A DNA stretch of 63,563 nucleotides, filler included, from Rhabdomonas costata (taxonomy: Eukaryota): assembly GCA_019059605.1 (NCBI GenBank). It is 25 parts of 25 records of this genome, joined end to end, with 100 filler letters (N's around TTAATTAATTAA, not from the genome) between each part and the next. Parts side by side here need not be neighbours in the genome. Positions count along the whole stretch, not along the records: positions 35,656 to 38,102 come from JAHMHO010003374.1; positions 38,203 to 40,649 come from JAHMHO010003375.1; positions 40,750 to 43,196 come from JAHMHO010003376.1; positions 43,297 to 45,741 come from JAHMHO010003377.1; positions 45,842 to 48,288 come from JAHMHO010003378.1; positions 48,389 to 50,834 come from JAHMHO010003379.1; 19 more parts are not named here. One strand, written 5' to 3'. The notes beneath the pieces were generated by a model. It did not search any database and was not told the DNA's origin. It was given only the letters and a program-made list of their open reading frames with translations. Positions 36,378 through 49,617 of the stretch are shown here, piece after piece (positions within the stretch are counted from its first letter, which is position 1; the number at the start of each line of letters is the position of its first letter). A program made the translations under genes and the position numbers.

Positions 36378-37033
36378 CCGCCAAAGCCCAAGAAGGAGGC
36401 CATTCTCAACCTGGAGAAGCATTTGGACCACCCTGTCCATGTAAAGTTTTCCGGTGGGAGAGAAGGTGAGAGCGCGTACATTTTCACTGCGCCTCTGTTG
36501 TTTGCGGTTTATTTTTCATATTCCTCATTATTTTCTTTTTCATTTTCATTTTTTTGCAATTGGGAGTTTATCGAAGCAAAAAAAATTAAATGTACATGTG
36601 AAACTGCGGGTTTGTGTATGTCATTTGTCTTTTCAAGTAACCGGAATTTTGAAGGGCTATGACAATGTGCTCAACATTGTTCTCGACGAGACACGAGAGT
36701 TTATCAGGTGTCATTTCTCTCTCTGGTGAGGTTTTGAGGTTGACGTGCTCATTGTGTTTGACTTTTTCTTTCAGAGACCTCGATGATCCATACAAGCGTC
36801 GTCTTGTAGAAGATCCTGACGATCCGTCCACGCTTGTGGAGGAAACTAGGTCCATCGCTGTTCGCATTAGGATTCAGATAATTTCTTTGTTTGGTCACCA
36901 CCCACACCCGCACGCCGTTTTGTTTCACAGGTACCTCGGAATTGTTGTGTGTCGTGGGACTGCAGTCATGTGCGTCATGCCTTATGAGGGAACTGAAGAG
37001 ATCCAGAACCCTTTCGTTTCGCCGTCAGAGTGA
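36378..37033 (+). CDS. LSM7: U6 snRNA-associated Sm-like protein LSm7 (first exon not located)
   Basis: KKEAILNLEKHLDHPVHVKFSGGRE|VTGILKGYDNVLNIVLDETREFIR|D..ETR|YLGIVVCRGTAVMCVMPYEGTEEIQNPF, with three GT-AG introns in compatible phases. Confidence 0.95.
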
Positions 37034-38202
37034 CATTTCCGGACTCCCTTCCGGTTCCCCTGGGACGTGCATGGTTCGAATGTTGGAAGTCACTGGAGCG
37101 GGATGCCCGCGTTGCACTGGAACCTTTTTGCTGAAAGCCGGGCCTCAGTTGAGGAAGAAAGGCCTTATTGGACGTTGGGAAAGGCATCGCGGTTCATGAT
37201 ATGTAACCTTCACTATTTTTGTCGGAAATTTCCCTTTTCTGTCATGATTTCGAGCGAAATCCGGACTTGTTTTTGCCAACGTTACGCGTTAAACGTTTGG
37301 GTTACACCACTTCCACGCCGCCATACTTTCTGCATAAACATAAGCTACAATTTCCCCAGCAGCTCACCTTGTCCCCCGCTTTCCTCTTCCCTTCCGCAAA
37401 CTGGCTTTGATGGATGAAGTGGCCAGTACGTTCATCATAGATGTCCACGAGTACTTTACCAACATGAATTGGCTCTAACTTGTAGTATTCATGCACTTTG
37501 GGTTTGTTTTACGGGCACTACTGATGCATGCATGGAATTTTTCTGAGATAGATCGTTTGGTTGCGCAGAATATAGTTGAAAGTTTCGAAAATTTGGGGAA
37601 ACAGCTTAATACTGAAAGGGGTCTTATGCTTGCAGAAGAAAGGCCAGCTTTAAGATAGATGTTCAAGATGTCCTTCTCCCTGAAGAGGCAAGTGCTCAGG
37701 CTGGCAGGTGGGTTTCGTGGTCTCCCATATTCTGGCGTTCTGCTTACGAAGCAGAATGGCAACCTCTTCCTACTACAGTCGCTGCGCCAACTGGAGTTTG
37801 TAGGCACACAACTCTAACTGCATACGTCCGATATTGTCAACCGTGCTACGCTGTTCAGGCAGACATACGACGGACCGACCCTTTGGCCCGTACGAGGGCT
37901 ATAGGGCTACAGGTACCGGCTGCGCATGGCATGGCAGCCCACAGACCGTTCCGAGGGTTTGAAACCTCGTACCCAGCTCACTCCGCAAAGCAGGGGGTTC
38001 AGCAGAAGTACTTATGCACCCATGATGAGCATGTCCGAGTGTAGCACCAGATCTGTGTGGAAGAGAAACAGAAACCAAGCAAAGACCAACTAACACCACA
38101 AANNNNNNNNNNNNNNNNNNNNNNNNNNNNNNNNNNNNNNNNNNNNTTAATTAATTAANNNNNNNNNNNNNNNNNNNNNNNNNNNNNNNNNNNNNNNNNN
38201 NN

Positions 38203-39650
38203 GTGGTGTGGGAGTGCTGGAGAGCCCACCGACTCGCACCCCTTCCGCTCCCCTGAGGGGCTCTCCAGCACTCCCGCAACTCCACCCATAACGGGGCTCC
38301 ACGCCCGGGTCACCGCAAGTGCCGCCTGCACGGCGCGATACTCTCCCCGAGTACACCGCCGGGGGAGGTTCCAGACGGCCAGCACACGGTCCCCCACCAC
38401 CTTGTCGATCAGCCCGCCATGGGAGACCACTGCGTCGTGAATAGCGGTGATGTAGCGGTGGTGCAGCTCTCTTAGCTGACCAAAAAAGCAGAAGATCACC
38501 CACTAACTGTGCTGTTGAGGTTCCTTAAGTGCGGTCCGGCAGGACCGGAAAGCTTGAGGGAGAAGCCCAAAGGTGTGGGCGATGCTGTGCATCCTCACGG
38601 TGTTGTGGCAAGGCTGGAGAAGTGTCATCGGATGTCTATTGCTATGCGATCACGAGGGCTCTCCAGACTGCAGACAGAAAGATATGAGGCGGAGTTGGAT
38701 GGGGTGGGCGGCAAACCTCGTCCAGGCTGGAGGTCCGCGCTCGGGTGTGGAAGCCGGTCATATCAAAGCAGGCCACAGTGCACATCCGCGTCGACAGGCC
38801 TTGCCCCTTGGGTTCCAGAATTTCATCCCCCGTTGAGTTCCGCTGCGGGGCCACAAAAAAACCCGCCGGATCAGCGCAATAAATAGGAACTGATAGCGTG
38901 GCCGCTACCACCTAGCACACTCACCCCGTCCCCTCTCCGCTTCAGGGTAGGTAGCAGCAGGAGAGAGCAGGGGCGAGAACTTGCAACGCATCCCCATCCC
39001 TACCCTCACTCCCATCACGACCACCATAACACACCGCAGTATTTTGACCAAACAAAGGAAAATCAGGACCCCGGTATCAGCAACGGAGTTCCCCACAATG
39101 GAAAGGATGTAACCCTAAGCGACACGCTTCGTTCACACACGCCCACATAGACTCTGTGTGACTGACATCTGCTACAATCCACACCAAAGCAGTAGACGAG
39201 GGCTCCGCGCGAAGCGGGTTGGGACTTCGCCTCCCCGACGATGGACTCGTCACCAGCTCCGTAGCTCGAGGGACCGTCAGGCGAACCCCAGAGGACACCT
39301 CACTCAGCCCATGGGGAAAACCACCAAGCTCCGTGCTTCCACTCTGTGGCTCCCGGGGTGGTGTCCTCTCCGGAGTTCGGTCCGCGCTGTTGGAGCCTCC
39401 CCCCACACATCGGCCACCTGGGCCCGTGGCAGGCACGAACAGGCTCAGCGGCATGAACGCCCGGTACTCCCGCAGGCTGGCCGTCAGCTGGGCAAAGCTC
39501 TGGCTAAGGGCCTGGAACTCCTTGATTAGGCTAGGCTGCAGGGGCTGCACGTGGCCCACGTCCATCGCGGCGAGGCGGCTGAATCCCTCGACGAGGCGGT
39601 TGAGGGGCCGGGTGATGGTCCAGGCCAGCAAAAGGGCGAGAAGGCAGATC
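38203..39650 (-). CDS. Membrane HAMP-domain class III adenylate cyclase (partial)
   Basis: TM plus HAMP (LLAWTITRPLNRLVEGFSRLAAMD..SLIKEFQAL..LREYRAFMP) and cyclase core (AVVSHGGLIDKVVGDRVLAVWN..AVQAAL). Confidence 0.88.
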
Positions 39651-40959
39651 CTGCCCACACGCATCCACATAAATCAGATATATTGGCACAAAACAGCAAA
39701 ATAAGGGCTAGGCCGAAGCTGGCTGCTGCATGGAGATGAAAAAAGCCGGCGCAGGAAGAGAGGGGAGCGGGTAATATAATCATCTTTTTTATTTTGCAGA
39801 ACTTGAACACGGAAGGGCTGGCCAAGTGTCCACAACGCCTTGAGCCGCTACATTGCACTCCGCGCAACAAAATCCTAGGTGCGGATCGCTGGCATTCGCA
39901 ACAATATTTACGCGGACACCACTGGTAACGGGCAGCCCCCCCCCACTAGAGGACGAGAATTGTCATCTTTAGGAAATGCGGATGTCTCGCACCGTGATCA
40001 GATGGATGAAATATGATGAAAATACTCAGTCGCCTTTCTTCAGTTGTCATCATTGCACATGCAGGAATGGAGCTAGTCTGGGCCGAACGTGTGCACGAGC
40101 AGACGCATCTGGGTGTCTTCAGTACCAATTCAGCCTCATCTGCTCGGGATGGGGGCACTAGCACATGGGGACACATGCTTTGGCTCAACTCTTCCAAAAC
40201 CGGAGCCGAATCGGAGCCAGAGGATCGGAGAATCTGGCAATCTGGCATGTCATAACTTCAGATTGGTGGGATGGCTAACACTCCAGTGTTGATTTTCCCG
40301 ATCCTCTCGCCGAGCATCCATTTTGGCTTTTTCTACGTAGCCAGAATTTGGATGAGCCATTTTTTTATACGTTTGCAGGTCTGCATCACACACATCACAC
40401 AAGTTTACGATTTCGGCGGGGGATACCAAGCAACGGAAAGGGGGGTGTTTCATTGTGTAGCGCCGGAGATGGTCTGAATGTTTTGATCATATGGGAACAC
40501 ACAAACATACACACACACACACAAACAAACAAACACTACGTCACAATAGCACTGGTGACTGCAAAATTGATTAAAATGCATGAAAGTAAAATCCACGACG
40601 CCTTTACTCAACATCACGAATCCTCCTCCACCAAACCACCCAACCACACNNNNNNNNNNNNNNNNNNNNNNNNNNNNNNNNNNNNNNNNNNNNTTAATTA
40701 ATTAANNNNNNNNNNNNNNNNNNNNNNNNNNNNNNNNNNNNNNNNNNNNGTTTTGTGGGAGCCATCTGTTCTGCTTTTTGCAGAACAGTGTAGGACGATG
40801 GGAAGTTTCCTGCATCCTCTTTTTTCAGTGGAAAATTGAAGGATAGGGTTGGGATTCCTCCACTCCGCCGTATTGCTCATTCGCTTGATGCCTCAGATTA
40901 CGCTCATTTGACGGCATTGCGTCTTCTGTTAATTTCGCTCTCTCGCTCTCTCTTAAAGA

Positions 40960-41724
40960 ATGGGTAAGTGTAGCCCTGCCCCACGGGGCTGGGCCCTTGG
41001 AATGCTTGTTCTATTGCTTCACCCTGGGCCTGTGGTGGGGGATGGAGGGCTACCCTCCACCCCGCACCGCGAGGCGCAGGACGGGGGCTTCGAACCAGCG
41101 GAATGGCTTCCCAAGGGCGCTCAGCGTCCCTCTCTGCAGGGTGAAGGTTGCCTTCCGCGTCTCTATTTCTCTCAGGTTTCTTCAGAAGCCTTCTGCGAAG
41201 CAGAATGCCGACAGTGCAACTTACATTTCAACCAATCACCTGTTCGGATGGGACGGACAGAGCAACTGCCACGATGTCAGGCCCGACAAACTGCCGATGA
41301 CTTCGATTGCCAATGTGATTATCGATTTTAAGAGTCCCCACAACCGTGTGCCCCCTCAATATCTCTTCAAATCGGTGACCTCTTTCAGTGACAATGGCTT
41401 GCTTGTTTCTCTGCTCTAACCTTTCCCAATGCAAGGACTCGACCATCCGGAACATTAGTATGCGGCTCCGCAGCCGCCGGTGAATCTCTGACTTTGAGAT
41501 CGGGCAAGGCCCCTTCATGCCGCACACGCACTGCTATGAGAGCAGCTGGCTTCTCCCCGCCTTCTTTTCCTGCGAGAGGCATTACCGTTTAGCTGCACCC
41601 CGTGCAGGGCCTCTTCCGACGTGCGCGAGCGTCTCCGGGAAGCACTGTCCCCCGTACCACACCCCACGAAGCCCGGACACCGTGTGCTCCTCTCTGCGCT
41701 GCAACGTGGTGGACTGCTGCGGAG
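40960..41724 (+). CDS. Putative secreted protein with a Cys-rich module (partial)
   Basis: Signal-peptide-like MGKCSPAPRGWALGMLVLLLHPGPVVG, then a later exon-like block TCASVSGKHCPP..TVCSSLRCNVVDCC ending at |gtgggt. The linking exons are uncertain. Confidence 0.45.
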
Positions 41725-42100
41725 GTGGGTCCTCCTCCCGTTTGCGCGTAGCTCCATTCCCACTCGCCAGTTCCCAGTCATGCACTGGCTCGATCGACGC
41801 GGTTGTTGGTTGGGTGCGATGGTGTGGTGAGGGATGAATCGTTGCCCGTGGTGGGAGAGAGAACTGACTGACGTCTACCGCACATGCTGCCCGCCTCAAC
41901 TGGTGCGCGAGCTGAAAATATCCACCCTTGAAGTCGTCCCATATAGAAAGGACTGCCCACCTCCCTCGACGACACGAAATTCTCTCTCGCAGTGGTGACA
42001 ACGGTGGGGTCCAGAGTTACATCCCTCTGAATGCAATCCTAGTCAAAGCATGCGATAAAAACGAGAGTGCATAGAAGAGTGAGTCGGTTTAGAAAATTAC

Positions 42101-42395
42101 CTCGCTGACGTGTTGGTACCCAATGGTGAACCCACCCACGACGTAGGCCCGGGTACCCAGTACCCCGCACCCCACTAAGACTCGCGCCGAGGAAAAAGCC
42201 ACAGCGGTGCTCTGGATCCACGACAGCCCGTCGCTGCTCCATAGCACATCGTTGAGGTAATTGTACCCTGCGAACTGGTCACCCCTGCCCGCGACGGTCA
42301 CCAGCATATTCCCGAAGGTCATTGTGCAGTGCTCGACGCGCGGGTAGGCCGCCGATGGGGTCGTAGTGGTGGCCAGTGTGGCCCAGGAGTACAGC
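42101..42395 (-). CDS. Kelch-like beta-propeller exon
   Basis: PRVEHCTMTFGNMLVTVAG..YLNDVLWSSDGLSW..SARVLVGCGVLGTRAYVVGG, bounded by cag| and |gtaatt. Confidence 0.8.
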
Positions 42396-43611
42396 GCTGC
42401 AACACCCACCGGCCGTTCCCCCTGCCGTCGACCAGCCTCAAGCCCGATGAAGGCAGTTCGCACCAAAATGGTTTCGCACAAACAGACTGCACATATGAAT
42501 AATTGCTGTTGCTCACGGTTGTGGGGACACACGTCTTGCCGAACATTACGACAATCAAGATCCGGTCTTATCAACTGAAGGTGGGGCCCTTCGAATCCGC
42601 AGCGGCTCGGCTGCCGGACAGCGGACCGTTTCGCAAAATCGGGCTTCCAAGAACCAAATATCACTCCGCCTCATTTCTCGGGCAAAATCAAACCATAACC
42701 ATTACCCAAACCCGATGAAGAACCGGAAACAAAGACATGTTAGTTTCTCTATTTGCATGTTGGTTGTTGCGTCCTTTTGCCTTCTTTTCTCTTTCGGTTG
42801 CGCACTGCTCCGTTCGTGAAAGAAAATGCGTCAGCAACCCCGCAACTCCGCAACCAGCGCTTCGCAGTCCCCAATTTCCCCATGCGTGCAGTCTGTCCAA
42901 CAGCCTCTGCTTTTGCTGTAAATTAAAAAGGGGGGCTTAAGATGGACCATAGTTCTGTACCTCGGTACCCTCTTCCCCCGCTGGTCAATGTTGGGCCCCC
43001 AAAAGTGCAGGGCAGGGAGGGGCACACTACCAAGTTTACAATCCAACATTGACCATACGGGGGGAAGGAGGGGGTCGAATTTTTGGTGAAAGTGCCCTAA
43101 CAATGGGGCAAAACCAAGCAAAATGGGCTAAAACAGGCGAAAAAAGAGCCTAAAATATGGCTCAGGCGCCATTGTCGGTGGAAGTGTTTTCAAACANNNN
43201 NNNNNNNNNNNNNNNNNNNNNNNNNNNNNNNNNNNNNNNNTTAATTAATTAANNNNNNNNNNNNNNNNNNNNNNNNNNNNNNNNNNNNNNNNNNNNAGCG
43301 AGGTGGGGGTGGGGGTGGAATGGGAGAAGTCCCCAGCAGTCCAGAATAATTCTCCTCAGCCTTCCTCTTCCCATCAGCTGGAATTGCAACAGTTTGGCTC
43401 ATTTGGCTTTTCCCGTTGTGGGTTTGGCTGGTTCTGGCCTGTTTTGGGTTTGAGTTTTGCTCTATCACAACATCATCGGCGGTTCGCCTGCTGTCAGATG
43501 GATTTGGGTTTTTCTGTCGTTTTGGCTGATTTCCGCCTCGCAAAAGAACGTTGCTCTCGGTCGCACAGATTTTCAAATGAGAAGCACTGGGATGGGGGCG
43601 AGAGAGGCGGT

Positions 43612-45012
43612 GGGGGCATGCATCCAAGGAGGTACACGTCCAGCACGTTTGGGTCGCCCCCTCCGCATCTCTGCGAGATGTCCGCCGAGCAGGGCGTCGT
43701 GCACTGCGAGCTGGTGCCGTACGTCCCGACGAGGTTCCCGCAGAAGCAGTTCGTGCCCTGCGAGAGTCCTGCGTAGTGGTACCCCTGCGCAGAGCACATC
43801 TGTGCACATAGCGCGGGGGTGGACAGGGCCACCGCGGCGTGGTAGGACAGGTCCGGGTTCATCAGGCTGTCCAGGTAGCACCCCATGTACTGCATCACCG
43901 GTGCTGCGAAGGGAGGTGGATTTGGGGGCGATTGATGATGGGAATAAAAAGTGGTAGGAAGGGAGGGGAATGCGCAGGCAAGAGAGAGGGTGAACGAGAC
44001 AGTGTGGCGGGTTGAGGGGTAATGGGCCCGTTCGGTGGGAATGGGGTTTGATGCTGCTTCATTCCCTTCCAGCCCGCGACTGGTATCCTGTGCATCAATA
44101 TTTTGAAAACCACACGGAAATGTTTGACGCGTTTATTATAAGAAAGTTTGTGAAAAAAAACTGAAAGTTTTCGATATTTACGCCAACCAATCCCCCCCCC
44201 CGGTAGTAAACGGGTTTTAGTGCGCCAGTGTCTGGATTTCGCCAATTTCACCATGAGCGCCGCCATCAATAAACTACTCTTTACGTCATCGCAGTGTCAT
44301 TGCATATAACGACAAGTAAGGCGCTTCCCAGCTGTGGCATCAGGTGAGAGGGGCAGGGAGTAAGCTTTTCTCAGCTGCATACGAAGGTCGCAGGCCAGCT
44401 GAGCCCCCTGACACCAGTTCTCTGTGGTATTCTGCTGTTTTCCCGCTCGCTCTCTTTCCCACCAGTATCTGTTCTTTTCGTTGACACGTGTCACTGTACG
44501 AAAATGTCATGCGACCAGGTTTGTTACGCCGAATTTGACCACCCGACTTTTTTGAGTCAGAAATTCAGCAATTCACCGTTTTTGTGGGTATCCGCACAAT
44601 TACAATCAATCGCAATCACACTCCAGTCATCAACGTCAAGTTTCACCTTTTTTGTTCATTAAAGTAAAAAAAAACACCGCAGCCTTGCACAACCCCCTCA
44701 CCCCATAAATGCGCAGGGCATGCCCGCGCTGGCCGCACAGCGGACGCGAACCGAGTAGTCCGCGTTGTAGTTCACGTACCAAAACATTTGGACCTGCTCC
44801 GGGGTCATTTCCTGGTCGTTGGTATACACGTTGTAGCTGCTGGAACCCACCGAGGAGCCCACCACCCACCCCGGGTAAGTCAGTTTGTAGATGTACAGGT
44901 GGGTGGAGGCACTGTAGTAGTACGGCATGCCCCCAGAAAGGCCCTGCACGCTGTAGATCCCGGTGATCGGCGGAGAGGCGAACAGCCCACCGGTAAGCGA
45001 GACGTTGCATGC
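43612..45012 (-). CDS. Extracellular WSC-domain protein (partial)
   Basis: YMGCYLD..TPALCAQMCSAQGYHYAGLSQGTNCFCGN..CTTPCSAD..RCGG..LDVY is a full WSC cysteine pattern (about 43630-43900). An upstream exon at about 45012-44704 encodes an aromatic-rich extracellular module. Confidence 0.88.
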
Positions 45013-48000
45013 CGTAACTATGAGAGAAAGAGAGAGGAAAACCGTGGAAGGGTGCCAGAGAACTTCGGTTGATATCAATTTTCGTGAGCCAGGCGCAACA
45101 GTGAACATTTCAAACAACAATGGAGATATTTCTGGTAAAAAGTACGTAAACTCCGTAAACCCAAAATCACAGAATTCTGAACTTTCTTCTCTCTCTTTTC
45201 CACCAGCATGTGTTCTTCTTGTTGACACGTGTCATGCGGCGCCTTCCCGCCCATTGCATCCCGTGGTGCTGGGCTGTGGTGATGAGTCTTGCCTTCCGGG
45301 TTGCTAGAAAAACGGAGGTTTCCGCAAGGAAACCTGGGTTTTAGGGTGCTTTTTAAGCTCCCAAGCAGAAAACCTACCCGCGTGAGTACCACGCTCCACA
45401 CAACCTGCATGCAATGATGTGGTAGCATTCCCGCTGGGTGCAATCACTTTTGCCGTGCCAGTGGCGCGTAGCAACACAAAACAAGACCTTTCTTTGATAT
45501 GGGTGCGAGCCAAAATGGCAGGGGGAGCGCAGGACCATATAATCATCCTGCTGAAGACGATGGCAAATGATTATATAGGGTCTGACGACTCCAGGTTGAC
45601 ATACGTCACATACGTTCTTCTGAGTTTTGGAGTGTAACTATCCTTATCTCATTCACACTTGTCATCAATTTCCATGAAAAAATACCAAATTACTTGTACG
45701 GTACTTGCTTCACATTAAACGTGAGAATCCCCACCCAACACNNNNNNNNNNNNNNNNNNNNNNNNNNNNNNNNNNNNNNNNNNNNTTAATTAATTAANNN
45801 NNNNNNNNNNNNNNNNNNNNNNNNNNNNNNNNNNNNNNNNNGGGGTGGTGGGGGACACCGTCAGCAGGACTTTCAGGGAGAGCACATGGACCCAGCACTT
45901 GCGGCATGCTTTGGAAGCTTTCGGGAATGCCATGGGAAAGAGCGCAGCACAGGGAAGCTGGAGTTGCGCCAAAAGAATATGAAAGAAGCAAGGATGAAAA
46001 ACAACCGGAACCCTGCCTTTGAAAAAACCCAATCGTATGGAGTGGACGAGAAAATTTCGTCAGCTTATTTTTGTCAGCGGGGTGGGAGAACGTGGCATTT
46101 TTCGAATCCTGGCACGGCGTCCGCACTGCCACGGGTGACGGGTGGCGCTTCTGCTCGTTCAGTGGCAGCACCCGAACACTGCGTGCTGCATGTGAAATCG
46201 ACCGATAACGTTTCTCTAAGTTTACTCCTGTTTTTATGAACAGAAAAACATTAATTCCAGTTCCTGTTACACAGCACGCGTGCTTCAAACAACTTTGTGA
46301 TATAGTCTCACGTGAGGATCAAATGGGAGACTACTATTGTAAGGGCGGAGGCAAGCCGACACACCGGCAGCATCTGACCCCAGAGGTCGCAGCAAGATAC
46401 GGGCAAAGCTACATCCCTCAATCCTCGCCCCGCTAAGCTAACAAGCTCTCTAAGGTTTAGCACAAGGCTTGTTTTGGACAGGGACGGCTGGTGCAGCCGC
46501 CACCCCCCCGCCACTCCCACATTCTACTTCACAAGACCCCACCTTGGAGGCATTGTTGGGGCGCAGGTGTGAGCAAGATGCTGATAACACAAAGTGGGGG
46601 GGCACCCATTTCTGCCTTCAGTGTGTTTGGGCCGCAGTCATAGTCCTGCCTCTACCTCCTCTCCACCATGCAACCTCTCATTCATCTTCGGCACTTCGCT
46701 GTTAGCTGAAGCTCGGGAGGGTGGAATAAGAAGACGACAACAGGAATGCATGCCGTTGCCCGACCCACTATACTATGAGGCGGTAGGCTCAGTTCTGCCC
46801 CGCGTTTTTTCTGCCCGGAGGTGCTTAGTCACTCCTTGTCAAGAATAGTTGGGCAATCGGGCTACAGATGTGCTGTGGGGTCGGACCCTTGAATTTGCTT
46901 GCCCAAAGTAAATCGAAGGAAAGCAGGTAAGTGCATTTTTCTTCGCACATGGGAAAATCAGGGCAACAAGGAAGCCCGCCAAGGCGGCGAAACCATGCAC
47001 CACGTGGAACGTGAAAGAGTCCCGAAATTTCAAGGGCAGGGGTTATGCCGCTTAAGCTGCTTAACATGCTATTATGACCGAAAAGAACAGCACGACTGCC
47101 GTCTTACAGCTCACAGGGCACGGCAGAAGAAACCCCTGAGATCTCTCCTTGCCGGGCACCTTCTGGGCACCCTGCATTTGGAGGTCCAACATCTTTCGTC
47201 ATGTGACTTAGACCGGCGTGCCCTTGCCTGCGATTCTCGAAAATCTTCACGAGGTGGTTGCAATCATTCAAAAGCGAAGAAAAAAGCTGACGGGGGAGCT
47301 TAGGGGTGGGGGAAATCTGCTCAAGGAAATCGGGTTTGGACCACGACTTTCTCAACACTCCACATAGTTTTGGAGAAATCGCAAGTGAAAGAACGAAATG
47401 GGTGCTTCCGCATGGTCAAAAATCATCTGACGGTGGTGGCAAAAAAAAAGAGCGAACATAAACGGTTGTGTTAATATCTGCAGCACCTGGTTCTCGGGAT
47501 GCCGTTATCATCGAGGAGCACCACGCTGCAGTGCTTCGGGGTGGGATTTTGAGAGACAGGTTTCCTTTTCTCAGGCGGCTTTCACACCACCCAAAGAAAA
47601 CCAAAGCAACAGCAACCAATAGGAACAAAGACAACCGCTCAGAGAAGAGAGAAGATGTATGTTCTTCCGCGAACTGGAAGCATGCGTGAATGGAGTGAGA
47701 GAAAGGTATAAGGGCAGCTTCTTTGTGTCACCCACCCCTTTCCATCCATCCCTTCCCTCCCGGCCAGAATACCTCCGCGGCAGCTTTGGTGCCACGTCGC
47801 ACTCATCCGCACCCTCGGCAAAACCCTGATGCCCTGATGCCACGACTGAGTAGCGGGGTACGCAAGGCAGGCCGCGGTAGGAAACGTGAACAAAAACAAA
47901 GGAATGTCGCGCCAGCACACCCAGTGCACCTTTTCTGTTCATACCTCTCTTCTCTCTTCTCTCTTCTCCATCCTATATCACGCTGAGCACCCCTACGTGG

Positions 48001-49590
48001 CACGAGCCAACATAGTGCATGCGTGTCATCCCACAGACTCTCTCCCTCAGTCGCTGTACTGGGTGATCGCACAGGCTCACTCCCTCGATCGCTGCGCTCG
48101 CTGTGGGCAATGCATATACCCACTGCGTTTCCGCCAACTTTTTCTCACTCACCCTCACGCTTTCTCATAGAACAAAGGTACATTCTCTCCCTGTCGGAGT
48201 TTCACCTCGATTTATCGCATCGCCACCCTCCCAGCCCCATCCCTTCTCTACAATAGTGCCGTTCCGGCATGGACAAACCAACACCCCCNNNNNNNNNNNN
48301 NNNNNNNNNNNNNNNNNNNNNNNNNNNNNNNNTTAATTAATTAANNNNNNNNNNNNNNNNNNNNNNNNNNNNNNNNNNNNNNNNNNNNGGGTTTTGGTTC
48401 TGGCTCCTGATGGTAAATACAAGCTCCTCCCTTTCTTTGGTTTGTTATCTTTCGTAATTTTTAAAACAACTTTTGACTTTACATCGTGCCCTTTCATGTA
48501 AAGCGTTGCTTTTGTGCACAATTTGGTTATTGCCACTGAGTTCACAGAGCGGATCAATGTAAATATCCATGAACTAAAATTCCCTCTCAGTTAACCGCGC
48601 TCCTTCACTGCTTTCTTCTTATTTTTCGTTACTCTTGTTACTCTTGCAACTTTAGATTCTTCTCACTTTATTCTTCTTGATCCACTCAAAAATATTGATT
48701 TGATGGATATTGGATGGGGCATATCGGTCAATACTATGATCCCGGTTCTCGCAAAAACATCGCCCTCTACGGAGCCTGGGTTACTGATAATGTGTCTAGC
48801 TATCCTGTGTCTTTTACAAAAGGAACAGATTCATTCCATTCTGTAACAAAATTGTTGAACGCATAAAAACTGTCAAAACTTTCCGAAAAATACTTAAAAT
48901 TGGATGCTGATTCTGCCACGTCCCATCACTCCTGCGCTGTGGCACCGCGGTTGTTTGTAAAGGCTCGGGCGCAAAACACACACACGCAGAGACAAACACA
49001 CACGCTAGGCCGCAGGAACATTGCCGTGTTCTCTACCTATTTTGGTGGGGAGCCCATCAGACGCATCCGCTCTGGATTTTAAATACTTTGTATTTCCACC
49101 GTAGAACGTAGAACGCACAAAATATAAAAGAAAACCCAATTTTGGGGGTCTTTGCCCGTGGTTCCCCGTATCTCTACATTCGGGTCCGGAAGGGCCTTGA
49201 AAAGACGAAGTCAAAGACAACCAAAACGGGCACCAAAGGGTGCACAGAGTGGCGCAGACAGGACGCCACAGCGAGGCAACCGTAGGAAGGGCCCTTTTCG
49301 TTGACATCCCTGCGGTGGTCCCATACCCGGGTGGGCCGGAATCATTTGCCCCAAGGGGCTTGGCATTCCATACCTGGGGCACCTCGTGCCCGACTGGCTT
49401 GTTGCAGCCCTTTTTCCAACTTTCATTGTGCCCCCGGCCTCCGGGATTGAAGAACGGTTTCATCACATTGTGGGGGATTTGTAATGATCACTTGTTGAGG
49501 ATTGGACCGAGCAGCTGTCCGAATCCTTCGGACTTGGCTTCCGCGTTTCCAGAAGGAGCAGCAATCCCGATAGCCGGTTACCATTACCGC

Positions 49591-49617
49591 AATAATAATA
49601 ATAATAATAATAATAAT
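49591..49617. repeat. (AAT)9 microsatellite
   Basis: Directly visible. Confidence 0.97.

Noticed and set aside
37302..37807. Overlapping minus-strand ORFs downstream of LSm7 as a transposon relic
   Set aside because: No recognisable transposase or RT motif.
45842..48288. Scattered exon-like blocks in this contig
   Set aside because: They could not be chained into a consistent reading frame or assigned to a family.
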